64,000 nucleotides of DNA from Patescibacteria group bacterium (GTDB lineage: Bacteria > Patescibacteriota > Microgenomatia > 2-02-FULL-39-11). The notes under the pieces were generated by a model. It saw nothing but the letters and a program-made list of their open reading frames with translations. It did no database searches and was not told the DNA's origin. The stretch's first letter is position 1; the number at the start of each line of letters is the position of its first letter. Below are positions 37,649-47,648 of the stretch, piece by piece. A program made the position numbers and the translations under genes. The stretch spans positions 36,091 to 100,090 of the forward strand of contig JAMCUI010000009.1 of NCBI GenBank assembly GCA_023379265.1. The letters run 5' to 3'.

Positions 37649-38479
37649 TCTTTTTTTTGTAGTGTTTGTGTTGAGGATTGAACCAATTTCTAATGTTTGC
37701 CCCTTTTCAATTGTAATTTTATTTGTTGAGTCATTATAAAATAGAGTAACTTTCCCAAGACCTTCAACCGATAATTTCCTATGAGGAAAATCAATGAGGA
37801 GAGCGGAATGTTCGTCAATGCCGATAATTAGCGCTTCAGAAGGGAGAATTTCTTTGAGTCTCATAAATCTTTCTTTTCCCATATAACAATACCGGGTATC
37901 AAGATGTTTTCCTCCCTCTTTATTATTCCAGTGGGTTATGATTGTCGTATTCGTAAAACCAGTTTCCCTGAATATATCCAATCCATCCTCCCAGTAGAGA
38001 TCAAAGCCGGCCTTATAAATCTCATATACCGGAAGAGTGAATTTTCCCACTGCTAAAGCCCCTGCGCTTGAGAAGCATAACGTTTTTCCTTTTTTCCAGG
38101 CAGAGTGGATATATTTCAAGGCAAGAGAACCCTTCATTTGTCTTACAGTATATGTCGGGCTGCCGGGGCCCATGAATATAAAATCAGCGGTTAATAGAGG
38201 TTCAAGTATGTTTTTGTTATTTGGGCTAAGAATGCTTTTTTTATTTCTTGCAGGAATGACGGAAACACTATTAATGAATTCTCTGAGGCTGAAGTCGAAT
38301 ATATTTTTTATTTCTCCAGCAACGTATTCTGTATTTGGCTGAAAACCTGCAGGAGTTTCCAATATGGCAACTTTATATCTTTTTCTTTCCTGTTGCATGA
38401 TTCTACGCAGTATTTTCTTGCCGGAAGGCGCAGTCTCACCTGAACCCAGCAGAGCGATCTTCCCAAAATTTAGAGACAT
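37634..38479 (-). CDS. peptidase S51 family (cyanophycinase / dipeptidase E-like)
   Basis: KIALLGSGETAP, GPGSPTY and a nucleophile-Ser region LCFSSAGALA, reminiscent of peptidase E/cyanophycinase. Confidence 0.5.
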   Translation of the reverse strand: MSLNFGKIALLGSGETAPSGKKILRRIMQQERKRYKVAILETPAGFQPNTEYVAGEIKNIFDFSLREFINSVSVIPARNKKSILSPNNKNILEPLLTADFIFMGPGSPTYTVRQMKGSLALKYIHSAWKKGKTLCFSSAGALAVGKFTLPVYEIYKAGFDLYWEDGLDIFRETGFTNTTIITHWNNKEGGKHLDTRYCYMGKERFMRLKEILPSEALIIGIDEHSALLIDFPHRKLSVEGLGKVTLFYNDSTNKITIEKGQTLEIGSILNTNTTKKRLFQI

Positions 38480-38531
38480 ATTTTGATATTTTATTGTACT
38501 ATTTGAATTTAGCGCAAGAAATTAATTTTAT

Positions 38532-39314
38532 TTAATTTTTCGTGACTATTTTAGTTATAAAGTTGCAGAAAAAAAGTGAGAGAAGTAAAGGGTCTAAAAA
38601 AGAGATGTGTAGGGGATAAAGTAGAATAAAAATAATCATAACCAAAAATCCAAAAATGTACTTCCATACTCCAGAAGCAATTGAAGTCATGGGTTCCGGT
38701 AGCATGATAAAGGAGAAAAGAAAAATGGAACCATCCAAAGTCAGAGTGATTGCGGTATGGATATTTTGGAAGAAAAGTTGAAAAAGAAAATAACCAAAAA
38801 GAAAAAGAAACGGCATTTGTACTCTTTTTAGTCTGAAAAGAATAAGGAGAGATAATAATAAAATTATTAGTGAAGGACCTCCCTGCGCCACAGACCACCA
38901 TGACGCAACAGAATGTAGTTTTAAGAGTGAAATTGACAGAATACCAAAGGCTGCAGGATTAAATATATGTCTGCTTCTCAGTTTTATAAAATGTTTAGAT
39001 AGGAATGCCGCAAGGACGACTAATATTATGGTTATTATTCCTTCTTTTGGACTTATTATAAGTCCAATAAGAAGTCCAGATACCAGCGACGAAAAGGGAT
39101 AAAACAATTTCTTTTTTGTTAGAAATATAAATGCCAGATCAAGAAGTACGAAAATAATGACTGAGAGAATAGGAAATACAATATTTTCCCACTTGGGATT
39201 TCTTAATACTGCGGTAATCAAGAGAAGAACAAGAATGGAAAATATTTCAACTCTAGTATCTCTTGTAATTAACTGAAGATATCTTTTCATTACTTGAATT
39301 ATATAATAAATCAC
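38532..39314 (-). CDS. hypothetical polytopic membrane protein
   Basis: 260 aa, ~8 TM helices, HIFNPAAFG motif. No confident family. Confidence 0.4.
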   Translation of the reverse strand: MIYYIIQVMKRYLQLITRDTRVEIFSILVLLLITAVLRNPKWENIVFPILSVIIFVLLDLAFIFLTKKKLFYPFSSLVSGLLIGLIISPKEGIITIILVVLAAFLSKHFIKLRSRHIFNPAAFGILSISLLKLHSVASWWSVAQGGPSLIILLLSLLILFRLKRVQMPFLFLFGYFLFQLFFQNIHTAITLTLDGSIFLFSFIMLPEPMTSIASGVWKYIFGFLVMIIFILLYPLHISFLDPLLLSLFFCNFITKIVTKN

Positions 39315-39387
39315 TCTATATATTCTGTTTAGCCGGTTGCATTATTATTTCAGGTGTTATTAAATTATTACAGAAGGAGTTTAAGTT

Positions 39388-40161
39388 ATGCATTATATTT
39401 TTGCGGTTATATTATCAATTGTTGAAGGTATTTCGGAGTTTCTTCCTATATCATCGACAGGGCACCTGATATTGGCCAGTGATATATTGAGGATTCCTCA
39501 GACTGACTTTCAGAAGAGCTTCGAGATCTTTATACAGTTGGGGGCTATCTTATCCGTGGTTTTATTATATCGTGATACGCTTCTTCATAGCATAAAAGTC
39601 TGGGAGAGGGTATTAATCGCTTTTATACCTACCGGTATTTTGGGCTTGACTTTGTTTAAGCTGATAAAGAATTATCTTCTTGGAAATACATCAGTAGTTT
39701 TAACATCTCTTTTTTTGGGAGGAATAGCCCTGATTATTTTGGAAAAATTACATAAGGAAAAAGATTTCCATATAGAGGAAATGGAAAAAATTACATATAA
39801 GCAGGCTTTTCTTATCGGGCTTTTCCAGTCGATAGCGATGGTTCCAGGAGTGTCTAGGTCTGCTGCTACTATATTCGGAGGTTTATATCTAGGACTCAAG
39901 AGAAAAACTGCAGTGGAGTTTTCTTTTCTCTTGGCTGTACCTACCATGGTGGCTGCTACAGGACTTGATTTGGTGAAAAGTCATGCATACTTTACCAGTC
40001 AGGAATTTATTCTTTTATCCATCGGATTTATCGGATCGTTTATCACAGCCTATATGACGATTAAATACTTCCTGAAGTATATTAAAACACATAATTTCAT
40101 CCAGTTTGGAGTATATAGGATCGTCATGTCACTTGCTTTCTGGTTTTTGGTAGTTAGATAA
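39388..40161 (+). CDS. uppP: undecaprenyl-diphosphatase
   Basis: BacA/UppP signature EGISEFLPISSTGHLIL and the second SRSAATI motif. Confidence 0.85.
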   Translation: MHYIFAVILSIVEGISEFLPISSTGHLILASDILRIPQTDFQKSFEIFIQLGAILSVVLLYRDTLLHSIKVWERVLIAFIPTGILGLTLFKLIKNYLLGNTSVVLTSLFLGGIALIILEKLHKEKDFHIEEMEKITYKQAFLIGLFQSIAMVPGVSRSAATIFGGLYLGLKRKTAVEFSFLLAVPTMVAATGLDLVKSHAYFTSQEFILLSIGFIGSFITAYMTIKYFLKYIKTHNFIQFGVYRIVMSLAFWFLVVR

Positions 40162-40165
40162 ATTA

Positions 40166-40489
40166 ATGATTGTGTTAAAGGCTAAATACCTGAAAAATTC
40201 CTTACAGAAAACGGTGGGACTTATTGGTGAAAAAAATCCTCAAACCGTATACTTTAATACCCGTTTTGGCATTCATACCTTTGGTGTGGGATTTTCCATA
40301 GATGTTCTTGTGCTTTCGAGAGAAAATACTATTGTTAAAGTCAAGGAAAATATGCATCCGAATAACGTTTTTTTTTGGAATCCTATTTATGACAAGGTAG
40401 TTGAAATGCCTGCAGGTGGTGTAAAAAAGAATAAAATTAAAAAGGGAGAATTAGTGAAATTGGTACTAGATCATTCACTAGGAGGATAA
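40166..40489 (+). CDS. DUF192-domain protein
   Basis: 107 aa. FGIHTFGVGFSIDVL and PAGGV motifs typical of DUF192 (COG1430). Confidence 0.55.
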   Translation: MIVLKAKYLKNSLQKTVGLIGEKNPQTVYFNTRFGIHTFGVGFSIDVLVLSRENTIVKVKENMHPNNVFFWNPIYDKVVEMPAGGVKKNKIKKGELVKLVLDHSLGG

Positions 40490-40548
40490 TAAACAGTCTT
40501 AGATAACTCTAAGTTGTTTCTCAGCTTTATACTGATATAATTTCCCAA

Positions 40549-41226
40549 ATGAGAATTCTTGTTGTTGAGGATGAACATAAGATCGCCAATTCCATAAAGA
40601 AAGGGCTTGAGCAGGAGTCGTATGCCGTGGATGTTGCTTATGACGGTACTGATGGTTATGATCTAGCAGCAAGTGAGGATTATGATGTAATTATTCTAGA
40701 TCTTATGCTTCCCGGGATAGACGGTTGGGAAATTTGTCGCAGGCTGCGTGAAAGTAACAATCATACCCCGGTTCTGATGTTGACTGCCAGAGGACAGCTT
40801 GAGGAAAAATTAAAAGGTTTCCGTCTTGGTGCAGATGATTATCTTACAAAACCATTTGCATTTCTGGAACTTTTAGCAAGAGTGAAAGCTCTAAACAGAA
40901 GGCCCAAAAATACAATAAGTACGATACTTTCAACTGGTGGGTTAACTTTGGATACCAATACATTTGAGGTAAAAAGGGATAGGATAATAATCAATCTTTC
41001 CAGAAAAGAATTTGCTCTTTTGGAATACCTGTTACGGCATCAGGGGAAAATTTTGACAAAAGACCAGATTATTGGAAATGTTTGGAATTATGACGCGGAT
41101 ATATTACCAAATACAGTTGAGGTCTATATAGGTTATCTGCGCAATAAAATAGATAAGCCTTTTAAGAAAAAGAAAGAATTAATTCAAACAATTCGAGGAT
41201 TTGGATACAAAATCAGTACAAGATAA
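40549..41226 (+). CDS. OmpR-family response regulator
   Basis: Receiver domain (DVIILDLMLPGIDG phospho-Asp region) plus a winged-helix trans_reg_C output (TKDQIIGNVWNY). Confidence 0.85.
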   Translation: MRILVVEDEHKIANSIKKGLEQESYAVDVAYDGTDGYDLAASEDYDVIILDLMLPGIDGWEICRRLRESNNHTPVLMLTARGQLEEKLKGFRLGADDYLTKPFAFLELLARVKALNRRPKNTISTILSTGGLTLDTNTFEVKRDRIIINLSRKEFALLEYLLRHQGKILTKDQIIGNVWNYDADILPNTVEVYIGYLRNKIDKPFKKKKELIQTIRGFGYKISTR

Positions 41227-41295
41227 AAATCAAATGGCGGAAAACTAGAATTTATTAATGTAAAAGAATTACTGCGATAGATAGAAATTAAATAT

Positions 41296-42309
41296 ATGCA
41301 AATGTTTCATTCAGCCAGATTAAAACTGACACTTTTTTATGTCTTTGTCATATTTTTGATAAGCAGTGTTTTCAGTGTGGCAATATATAGGGTTTTGAGT
41401 CATGAGCTTGATAGGGGCTTGAGATTACAGAGACTTAGAATTGAAAGACCTGATCGAGTTTTGAATCCCGATTTGCCGCTTTTTTTATATCCTGCAGATA
41501 CGCAAATTCTTAGAGATGAGCTCACAAGGATAAGGCTAAATCTTATTCTTATAGATGCAGCTATTGTTTTGGTAAGTGGAATAGCTGGTTATTTTTTGGC
41601 TGGTAGAACGCTGGCTCCGATTGAAGAAATGGTAGACGAGCAAAAGAGATTTATAGCTGACGCTTCACACGAACTGCGTACTCCTCTTACTGTTTTGAAG
41701 ACTGAGTCGGAAGTAGCTTTGCGGGATACAAAATTGGATCTTTCTCAAGCTAAAAACCAAATAAAGAGCAATTTAGAAGAAGTGGCAAAATTGCAGTCGT
41801 TATCTGACCATCTTTTGACATTATCCAGATACGAGGATATAAGTCTGAGTCTGGATATGAGGAAAATAAAGCTACAAGAGATTCTGGAAAAGGCAAAAGG
41901 GAATGTTTTGCTTCTTGCCAAAAAGAAAAGAATCCAAATTAAGATAGAGAGTACACGAGTTGAGGTTTCAGGAGAAGAAGTCAGCTTAATTGAATTATTT
42001 ACCATATTTATGGATAACGCCGTCAAATACAGTCCTTTAGGAAGCAATGTTTTAGTTAAAGTAAAAACTGAAGGAAAAAAAGCAACAGTGCAGATAAAAG
42101 ACAATGGCATTGGTATTAAAGCCAGTGATCTCCCGTATATATTTAACCGTTTTTACAGGGCTGACATGTCCAGGGAAAAAAACAAAGTAGGTGGGTATGG
42201 TCTGGGATTGCCGATTGCAAAAAGTATTGTGGAATATTATCACGGAAAAATTGATGTTATAAGTTCACCAGGAAAAGGAACGATATTTACCATATCTCTT
42301 CCTTTTTAA
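41296..42309 (+). CDS. sensor histidine kinase (2 TM, HisKA + HATPase_c)
   Basis: H-box ADASHELRTPLT; N, G1 (DNGIGI) and G2 (GYGLGL) boxes. Two TM helices flanking a ~50-aa extracytoplasmic loop. Confidence 0.85.
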   Translation: MQMFHSARLKLTLFYVFVIFLISSVFSVAIYRVLSHELDRGLRLQRLRIERPDRVLNPDLPLFLYPADTQILRDELTRIRLNLILIDAAIVLVSGIAGYFLAGRTLAPIEEMVDEQKRFIADASHELRTPLTVLKTESEVALRDTKLDLSQAKNQIKSNLEEVAKLQSLSDHLLTLSRYEDISLSLDMRKIKLQEILEKAKGNVLLLAKKKRIQIKIESTRVEVSGEEVSLIELFTIFMDNAVKYSPLGSNVLVKVKTEGKKATVQIKDNGIGIKASDLPYIFNRFYRADMSREKNKVGGYGLGLPIAKSIVEYYHGKIDVISSPGKGTIFTISLPF

Positions 42310-42310
42310 T

Positions 42311-42407
42311 CCTTCGCAGAAATCATCGGGCTTTAGCCCGTGTGATGAATGCAAATTAATTCTTCGTAGGAATTATCAGGTTTAAGTCTGTAGAGTGAGA
42401 GCAAATT
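42311..42407. repeat. two degenerate ~47-bp direct repeats (period 50 bp, ~65% identity) both ending in GCAAATT
   Basis: ccttcgcagaaatcatcgggctttagcccgtgtgatgaatgcaaatt vs tcttcgtaggaattatcaggtttaagtctgtagagtgagagcaaatt. The first copy contains hairpin CGGGC-ttta-GCCCG. They lie between the HK gene and the efflux operon. Confidence 0.4.
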
Positions 42408-42579
42408 TTATCCTATCTAGGATAGAACTCCCTTTATACTTTGCTATTGCTTTTATTTTATGTCATGATGTGACATTATTTATACATAAACGATTTTTGT
42501 AGAAAGTAAGGAAGTGCTATACACCTACTACAATTTTATTTTAAGCTAATTCTCAGCTAAGTCTTTTAATATCCTTTTT

Positions 42580-43881
42580 ATGAAGAAAACAAAAGAATTG
42601 TTTTCCAGATTTTTCAAAAATCGACTGAGAGCTGGAGTCGTTATAGTACTTATTTTGACAGTCATATTTTTCGGATGGCAAAAAGTAAAAGGTTCCCAAC
42701 AGACAGTCCAATACCAGACAACAAAGGTCGCTAAAGGAACAATTGTTTCTTCGATTTCTGTTTCCGGACAGATTGCTACGGCAGGAAAAATGACAGTTAC
42801 TTCACAAGCTTCGGGAGTTGTGAAAGATATATTGGTCAAAAACGGTGATCATGTCAGTCAAGGACAGACATTAATGACCGTTACACCCGATTCCGTGGGA
42901 TTACAGCGTCAGCAGCAGGCATATGCAAGCTATCTTTCAGCACAAAACAGTTTGGCATCAGACAATGCTAAACTTTACAGCCTTCAGTCAACCATGATGG
43001 GTAATTGGAAAACGTATATGGATACAGCGCAGAACTCGACTTACCAGAATTCTGACGAGACGCCCAATACCGCCAACAGGGCGTTACCCCAATTTTACGA
43101 AGTTTATGACAACTGGCTCAATTCAGAGGCCCAGTATAAAAATCAGCAGGGCGTGATAACTCAAGATCAGGCAGCATTGTCAAATTCTTGGTTGAATTAT
43201 CAGGCTGCTTCTTCCATAATTACCGCTCCTGCTGCGGGGATAGTACAAGATATTACATTGGTTCCCGGTATGACTTTGGCTGCGCAATCAAACAGTCAAA
43301 GCAGTGCCGCTGTTTCCCAAAAGATTGCCACGATCACTACAGGTAATACTATTGCAGGGCAGTTTAGCGTCGCTGAAATTGACGTAGGTACCATAAAAGA
43401 AGGAGAAAAAACCACTCTCACTCTGGATGCATTTCCAGACAAGACATTTACAGGTACAGTTACCGGAGTAGACAGGACAGGTGCAGTCAGTTCTGGGGTT
43501 ACAAATTATCCTCTCACGATTACCTTTGATCCGACAACGGCAAATATATTGCCCAATATGTCGGCAACAGCCAATATAATTACAGCAACAAAAGATAGGG
43601 TTCTTTTAGTACCTTCATCTGCAGTACAAACAAGTGGTACACAGTCTTATGTCAGAGTATTGCAAAACGGAAATCCGGTAAGTATGCCCGTTCAAACAGG
43701 CATATCTTCTGATACGCAGATTGAAATTGTCTCAGGAATATCCGAAGGTGATGACGTAATTACAGGGACGTTAAGCGGAAGCGCGCAGACTTCAAGTGGT
43801 AGCCGATCAGTATTTAGTAGTGGTTTCGGAGGTGGTGGTGGGGGCGGAGCATTGAGAGTGGGCGGTTTTGGAGGCCGGTAA
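42580..43881 (+). CDS. HlyD/MacA-family periplasmic adaptor (membrane fusion protein) with Gly-rich C-terminal tail
   Basis: N-terminal TM. Biotinyl-lipoyl-like and beta-barrel MFP segments (GTIVSSISVSGQI, ITAPAAGIV). C-terminal GFGGGGGGGALRVGGFGGR. Confidence 0.75.
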   Translation: MKKTKELFSRFFKNRLRAGVVIVLILTVIFFGWQKVKGSQQTVQYQTTKVAKGTIVSSISVSGQIATAGKMTVTSQASGVVKDILVKNGDHVSQGQTLMTVTPDSVGLQRQQQAYASYLSAQNSLASDNAKLYSLQSTMMGNWKTYMDTAQNSTYQNSDETPNTANRALPQFYEVYDNWLNSEAQYKNQQGVITQDQAALSNSWLNYQAASSIITAPAAGIVQDITLVPGMTLAAQSNSQSSAAVSQKIATITTGNTIAGQFSVAEIDVGTIKEGEKTTLTLDAFPDKTFTGTVTGVDRTGAVSSGVTNYPLTITFDPTTANILPNMSATANIITATKDRVLLVPSSAVQTSGTQSYVRVLQNGNPVSMPVQTGISSDTQIEIVSGISEGDDVITGTLSGSAQTSSGSRSVFSSGFGGGGGGGALRVGGFGGR

Positions 43882-43927
43882 GACATTAAATTGAAATTTT
43901 ACATCATTTTTATGTCAGGAATTATAT

Positions 43928-44626
43928 ATGATCAAAGTCACACATTTGTCAAAAATCTACAAGATGGATGGGGTACAGACCGTAGCCCTTTCAGACATCA
44001 ATTTCGAGATAGATAAAGGTGAATATGTAGCCATCATGGGTCCTTCCGGATCAGGAAAATCCACACTAATGCATATGTTGGGAGCTCTTGATACTCCTAC
44101 ATCCGGTAAGTATATACTGGATGGGCAGGAAGTCGGTAACCTTTCGGATGATGAGTTGGCTGAGATCAGGAACAAAAAAATAGGATTTGTCTTCCAAGCT
44201 TTTAATCTTCTCCCTCGCACTTCCGCCCTCAAAAACGTCATATTGCCTTTATCTTACGCAAGTTACCCTAAAGAAAATAGGGAAAAAAGAGCTACCGAAC
44301 TTTTGACGATGGTAGGACTTGGTGACAGATTACATCATAACTCCAACCAGCTTTCCGGAGGTCAACAGCAGAGGGTAGCCATAGCCCGTGCCCTAGCCAT
44401 GGATCCCGCCCTACTTTTAGCTGATGAGCCCACAGGAAATCTGGCAACCAGTCAGAGCGAGGAGATAATGACAATTTTTTCGGATTTGAACAAAAAGGGG
44501 CATACTATCATTATGATTACTCATGAACCTTTGATCGCTAAATTCGCCAAGAGAATAATTACCGTGAGGGACGGTAAAATTATAAAGGACGAGAAAAATG
44601 GTAAGCATTTAAAGATTAAAGTATAA
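43928..44626 (+). CDS. ABC transporter ATP-binding protein (MacB/LolD-like)
   Basis: Walker A GPSGSGKST, signature LSGGQQQRVAIARAL, Walker B LLLADEPTGNL. Confidence 0.85.
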   Translation: MIKVTHLSKIYKMDGVQTVALSDINFEIDKGEYVAIMGPSGSGKSTLMHMLGALDTPTSGKYILDGQEVGNLSDDELAEIRNKKIGFVFQAFNLLPRTSALKNVILPLSYASYPKENREKRATELLTMVGLGDRLHHNSNQLSGGQQQRVAIARALAMDPALLLADEPTGNLATSQSEEIMTIFSDLNKKGHTIIMITHEPLIAKFAKRIITVRDGKIIKDEKNGKHLKIKV

Positions 44627-44631
44627 ATTGT

Positions 44632-45855
44632 ATGGATTTTTTTGAACTTTTAGCAGAAAGTTTGAATGCATTGACTCTAAATAAGATGCGTACCGCTTTA
44701 GCCACATTGGGTATAGTCATCGGTATTGGAGCTGTAATCGCTCTTATCTCTTTAGGGCAGGCAGGTCAGAAAGCGGTACAGTCGCAGATAGAATCTTTAG
44801 GTTCAAATCTTCTTACGGTTATGCCCGGTGCCGCAACAACAGGAGGAGTCAGGGGTGCTGCCGGAGGCGATACGACATTGACTTATGATGATGCCAAAGC
44901 TATTTCAACTTCTCCGGAAATTACAGCAATAAGTAATGTTTCTCCTGAGTTGTCCAGAAGAGCACAGGTGACGGCGGGAAGAAATAATTCCAACACACAA
45001 GTGGTGGGAGTGATACCGTCTTATGCTGCTGTAAGAAATGTGACTATGTCTGCAGGAACTTTTATTACCTCGAATAATGTTGACAGTGAGGAAAAAGTAG
45101 CTGTGTTGGGTCCACAGGTAGTTAGTGATCTTTTCGGCGACGGAGCAGATCCAGTTGGACAATCAATCAGGATAAACAAACAAGCTTTCAGGATTGTTGG
45201 AATAACAGTTTCTAAAGGAGGTACAGGGTTTCTCAATCAGGACGATATTGTGTTTGTGCCATTGACGACAGCCCAAAACCAGCTTTTTGGCGTGGATTAT
45301 GTTAGTACCATTTCTCTTGCAGCCAAAAGCGCCGATGTCATGACTGAAGCAGAGAACCAGGTAGTTTATCTGCTTTTGTCACGGCACAAAATAAAAGATC
45401 CAGCAAATGCTGATTTCAGGATTTTTTCACAGGCTGACGTTTTGGGAGCTGCATCTCAAGTAACTGGAACATTCAGCGCTCTTCTTTCAGGAATTGCCGC
45501 CATTTCACTTCTAGTTGGGGGTATAGGGATAATGAATATAATGCTAGTGACAGTGACTGAGAGGACAAGAGAGATAGGTTTGCGCAAGGCTCTTGGAGCC
45601 AAGAAGAAAACGGTTATAGCTCAGTTTTTGGCCGAATCTATAATTCTAACATTTGTCGGTGGAGTCATAGGTATGATTTTGGGGGCAGGGTTGTCACTTG
45701 TGATATCACATTTTATCAGTCTGCCGTTTACTCTTTCATTCTCAGCGATTGTTTTGGCAATAGGCGTATCAGCAGGAATAGGAATCGTGTTTGGATTGTA
45801 TCCTGCAAGGAAAGCTGCAGACTTATCACCGATAGAAGCGTTGAGATACGAATAA
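44632..45855 (+). CDS. ABC transporter permease (MacB/FtsX family)
   Basis: N-terminal TM plus a large periplasmic MacB_PCD-like domain. C-terminal FtsX 3-TM bundle. Confidence 0.8.
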   Translation: MDFFELLAESLNALTLNKMRTALATLGIVIGIGAVIALISLGQAGQKAVQSQIESLGSNLLTVMPGAATTGGVRGAAGGDTTLTYDDAKAISTSPEITAISNVSPELSRRAQVTAGRNNSNTQVVGVIPSYAAVRNVTMSAGTFITSNNVDSEEKVAVLGPQVVSDLFGDGADPVGQSIRINKQAFRIVGITVSKGGTGFLNQDDIVFVPLTTAQNQLFGVDYVSTISLAAKSADVMTEAENQVVYLLLSRHKIKDPANADFRIFSQADVLGAASQVTGTFSALLSGIAAISLLVGGIGIMNIMLVTVTERTREIGLRKALGAKKKTVIAQFLAESIILTFVGGVIGMILGAGLSLVISHFISLPFTLSFSAIVLAIGVSAGIGIVFGLYPARKAADLSPIEALRYE

Positions 45856-45894
45856 TCATCGGATTGAATATTTAATCCTCCATTATATTAGTAC

Positions 45895-46974
45895 TTGAAA
45901 TATATGATTATAAATAAAAAATTACTCAGCCTAACAGTTTTTTGTTTGATTGTTCTTGTTGCATACGGCTTGTATCGGAAGAATGTACTCACAACTTTAT
46001 CAGCGGGTCCGGATGCATCCGGGTCAGCAAGTTTGCAAACTACAGCAGATTTAAACCCTTTGACTATTGCAGCCATGAGGCAAAGAAGCTATCAGGGCAG
46101 CACTATCAAGATAGAGGAAACTCTTTCTCCAGGTAGCAATTACAACCGTTATATCGCTTCCTATATTTCCGATGGGCTTAAAATATATGGATTGTTGACA
46201 GTGCCTGACGGTCAGAAACCCAAAGGCGGCTGGCCGGCAATAATTTTTAACCATGGCTATATTCCTCCCGAGCAATATAGAACAACAGAAAGATACGTCG
46301 CTTATGTGGATGAATTTGCCAGAAACGGTTATGTAGTTTTTAAGCCTGATTATAGGGGTAACGGCAGTTCTGAAGGTAAGCCTGAAGGAGCGTACTATTC
46401 ACCTGCATATACAGTGGATGTATTAAATGCGTTGTCTTCTGTAAAAAAGTATAGTGGAGTTGATCCCAACAGAATCGGTATGTGGGGGCATTCCATGGGC
46501 GGCAACATCACTCTTCGGGCGATGGTGGTATCCAAAGATATAAAAGTGGGGGTGATCTGGGGTGGCGTAGTAGGAACTTATGATCAATTGATGAACCATT
46601 GGCATAGGACTACACCTTGGGCTCCATCTGAAAAAGAGATAGCAGCCCACGTGACATCAATAAGGCAAAATTTAGCGGTTAAGTATGGCTCATTGCAACA
46701 AAACCCGGATTTTTGGCACAGTATTGACCCCCGGTATTATTTATCCGATATTTCAGGCCCCTTGCAACTTGACCAGGGATTGGCTGATGAGGAGGTTCCT
46801 CCTGAGTTTTCTCAAAGTCTTTATGATGATTTGAAGAAAATTGGTAAAACAGTTGAGTTGTATACATATCCCGGGGCAGATCATAATATTTCCGATCCAT
46901 CATTTACGATAGCAATGCAGCATTCACTTGATTTTTTTGATAAATACTTGAAAGGGGGTGACACAGTAAAATGA
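45895..46974 (+). CDS. secreted alpha/beta hydrolase (S9 prolyl-oligopeptidase / dienelactone hydrolase-like)
   Basis: Signal/TM N-terminus. Nucleophile elbow GHSMGG. C-terminal Asp/His region (PGADHN). Confidence 0.65.
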   Translation: MKYMIINKKLLSLTVFCLIVLVAYGLYRKNVLTTLSAGPDASGSASLQTTADLNPLTIAAMRQRSYQGSTIKIEETLSPGSNYNRYIASYISDGLKIYGLLTVPDGQKPKGGWPAIIFNHGYIPPEQYRTTERYVAYVDEFARNGYVVFKPDYRGNGSSEGKPEGAYYSPAYTVDVLNALSSVKKYSGVDPNRIGMWGHSMGGNITLRAMVVSKDIKVGVIWGGVVGTYDQLMNHWHRTTPWAPSEKEIAAHVTSIRQNLAVKYGSLQQNPDFWHSIDPRYYLSDISGPLQLDQGLADEEVPPEFSQSLYDDLKKIGKTVELYTYPGADHNISDPSFTIAMQHSLDFFDKYLKGGDTVK

Positions 46975-47417
46975 ATAATAAGATTATAATCGTTATTTTA
47001 GTAATAGTGGTTGCGGTAGCTTCTTTTTATGGAGGTACTATGTATTCGGGGAGCCGCAGGAGTAATAATTTTGGTTCTGGAGGTGTAAACGGTGGACAAT
47101 TCAGACAAAGATTCGGTGGTAATGGCGGAAGTTCGAATAATATCCCAGTTAGAGGTAAAGTGACAAGTATTGATAAAAATAGTATGACTATACAGATGAA
47201 TGACGGTAGCAGTAAAATAGTCATTCTGTCCAATGATACCAGAATAAGCCAGGCACAATCTGCCAAAATATCCGATATCAAAAATGGAAATGAAGTAATG
47301 GCATTTGGCGTGTCTAATTCGGATGGAAGTGTTACAGCTCAAGATGTACAGTTGAATCCGGCCAATTTCCGTTTTGGAGCTGGTACGGGTGCCAGTCCTA
47401 GTCCTTCAGGAATGTAA
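46971..47417 (+). CDS. hypothetical secreted Gly/Asn/Ser-rich protein
   Basis: N-terminal TM/signal, low-complexity G/N/S-rich region, then a small beta-rich segment. Confidence 0.4.
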   Translation: MNNKIIIVILVIVVAVASFYGGTMYSGSRRSNNFGSGGVNGGQFRQRFGGNGGSSNNIPVRGKVTSIDKNSMTIQMNDGSSKIVILSNDTRISQAQSAKISDIKNGNEVMAFGVSNSDGSVTAQDVQLNPANFRFGAGTGASPSPSGM

Positions 47418-47648
47418 TTGAGAAAGTTGTTTATAATTTGACTCATAAAACTCATAGGGTATAAGGTATGATATCTGCCTTATACCTGAGAGTTAAACTA
47501 TATTTTATTAAACAATCAGAATTAGAAGAGGGAGAAGTCCTTTATCGGAGTATAATAAAGTTATTCTATAATATTGAACTCGGGAATTATTTATTTACCT
47601 CTAACTTTAGGTTAGAGTTTGTATTTATAGGACTGGGAAACAGAATTC

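Noticed and set aside
42408-42440. Palindrome ATCCTATCTAGGAT as a terminator
   Set aside because: It has only a 4-5-bp stem and no T-run. It is more plausibly a regulator binding site, and is mentioned under the TCS finding.
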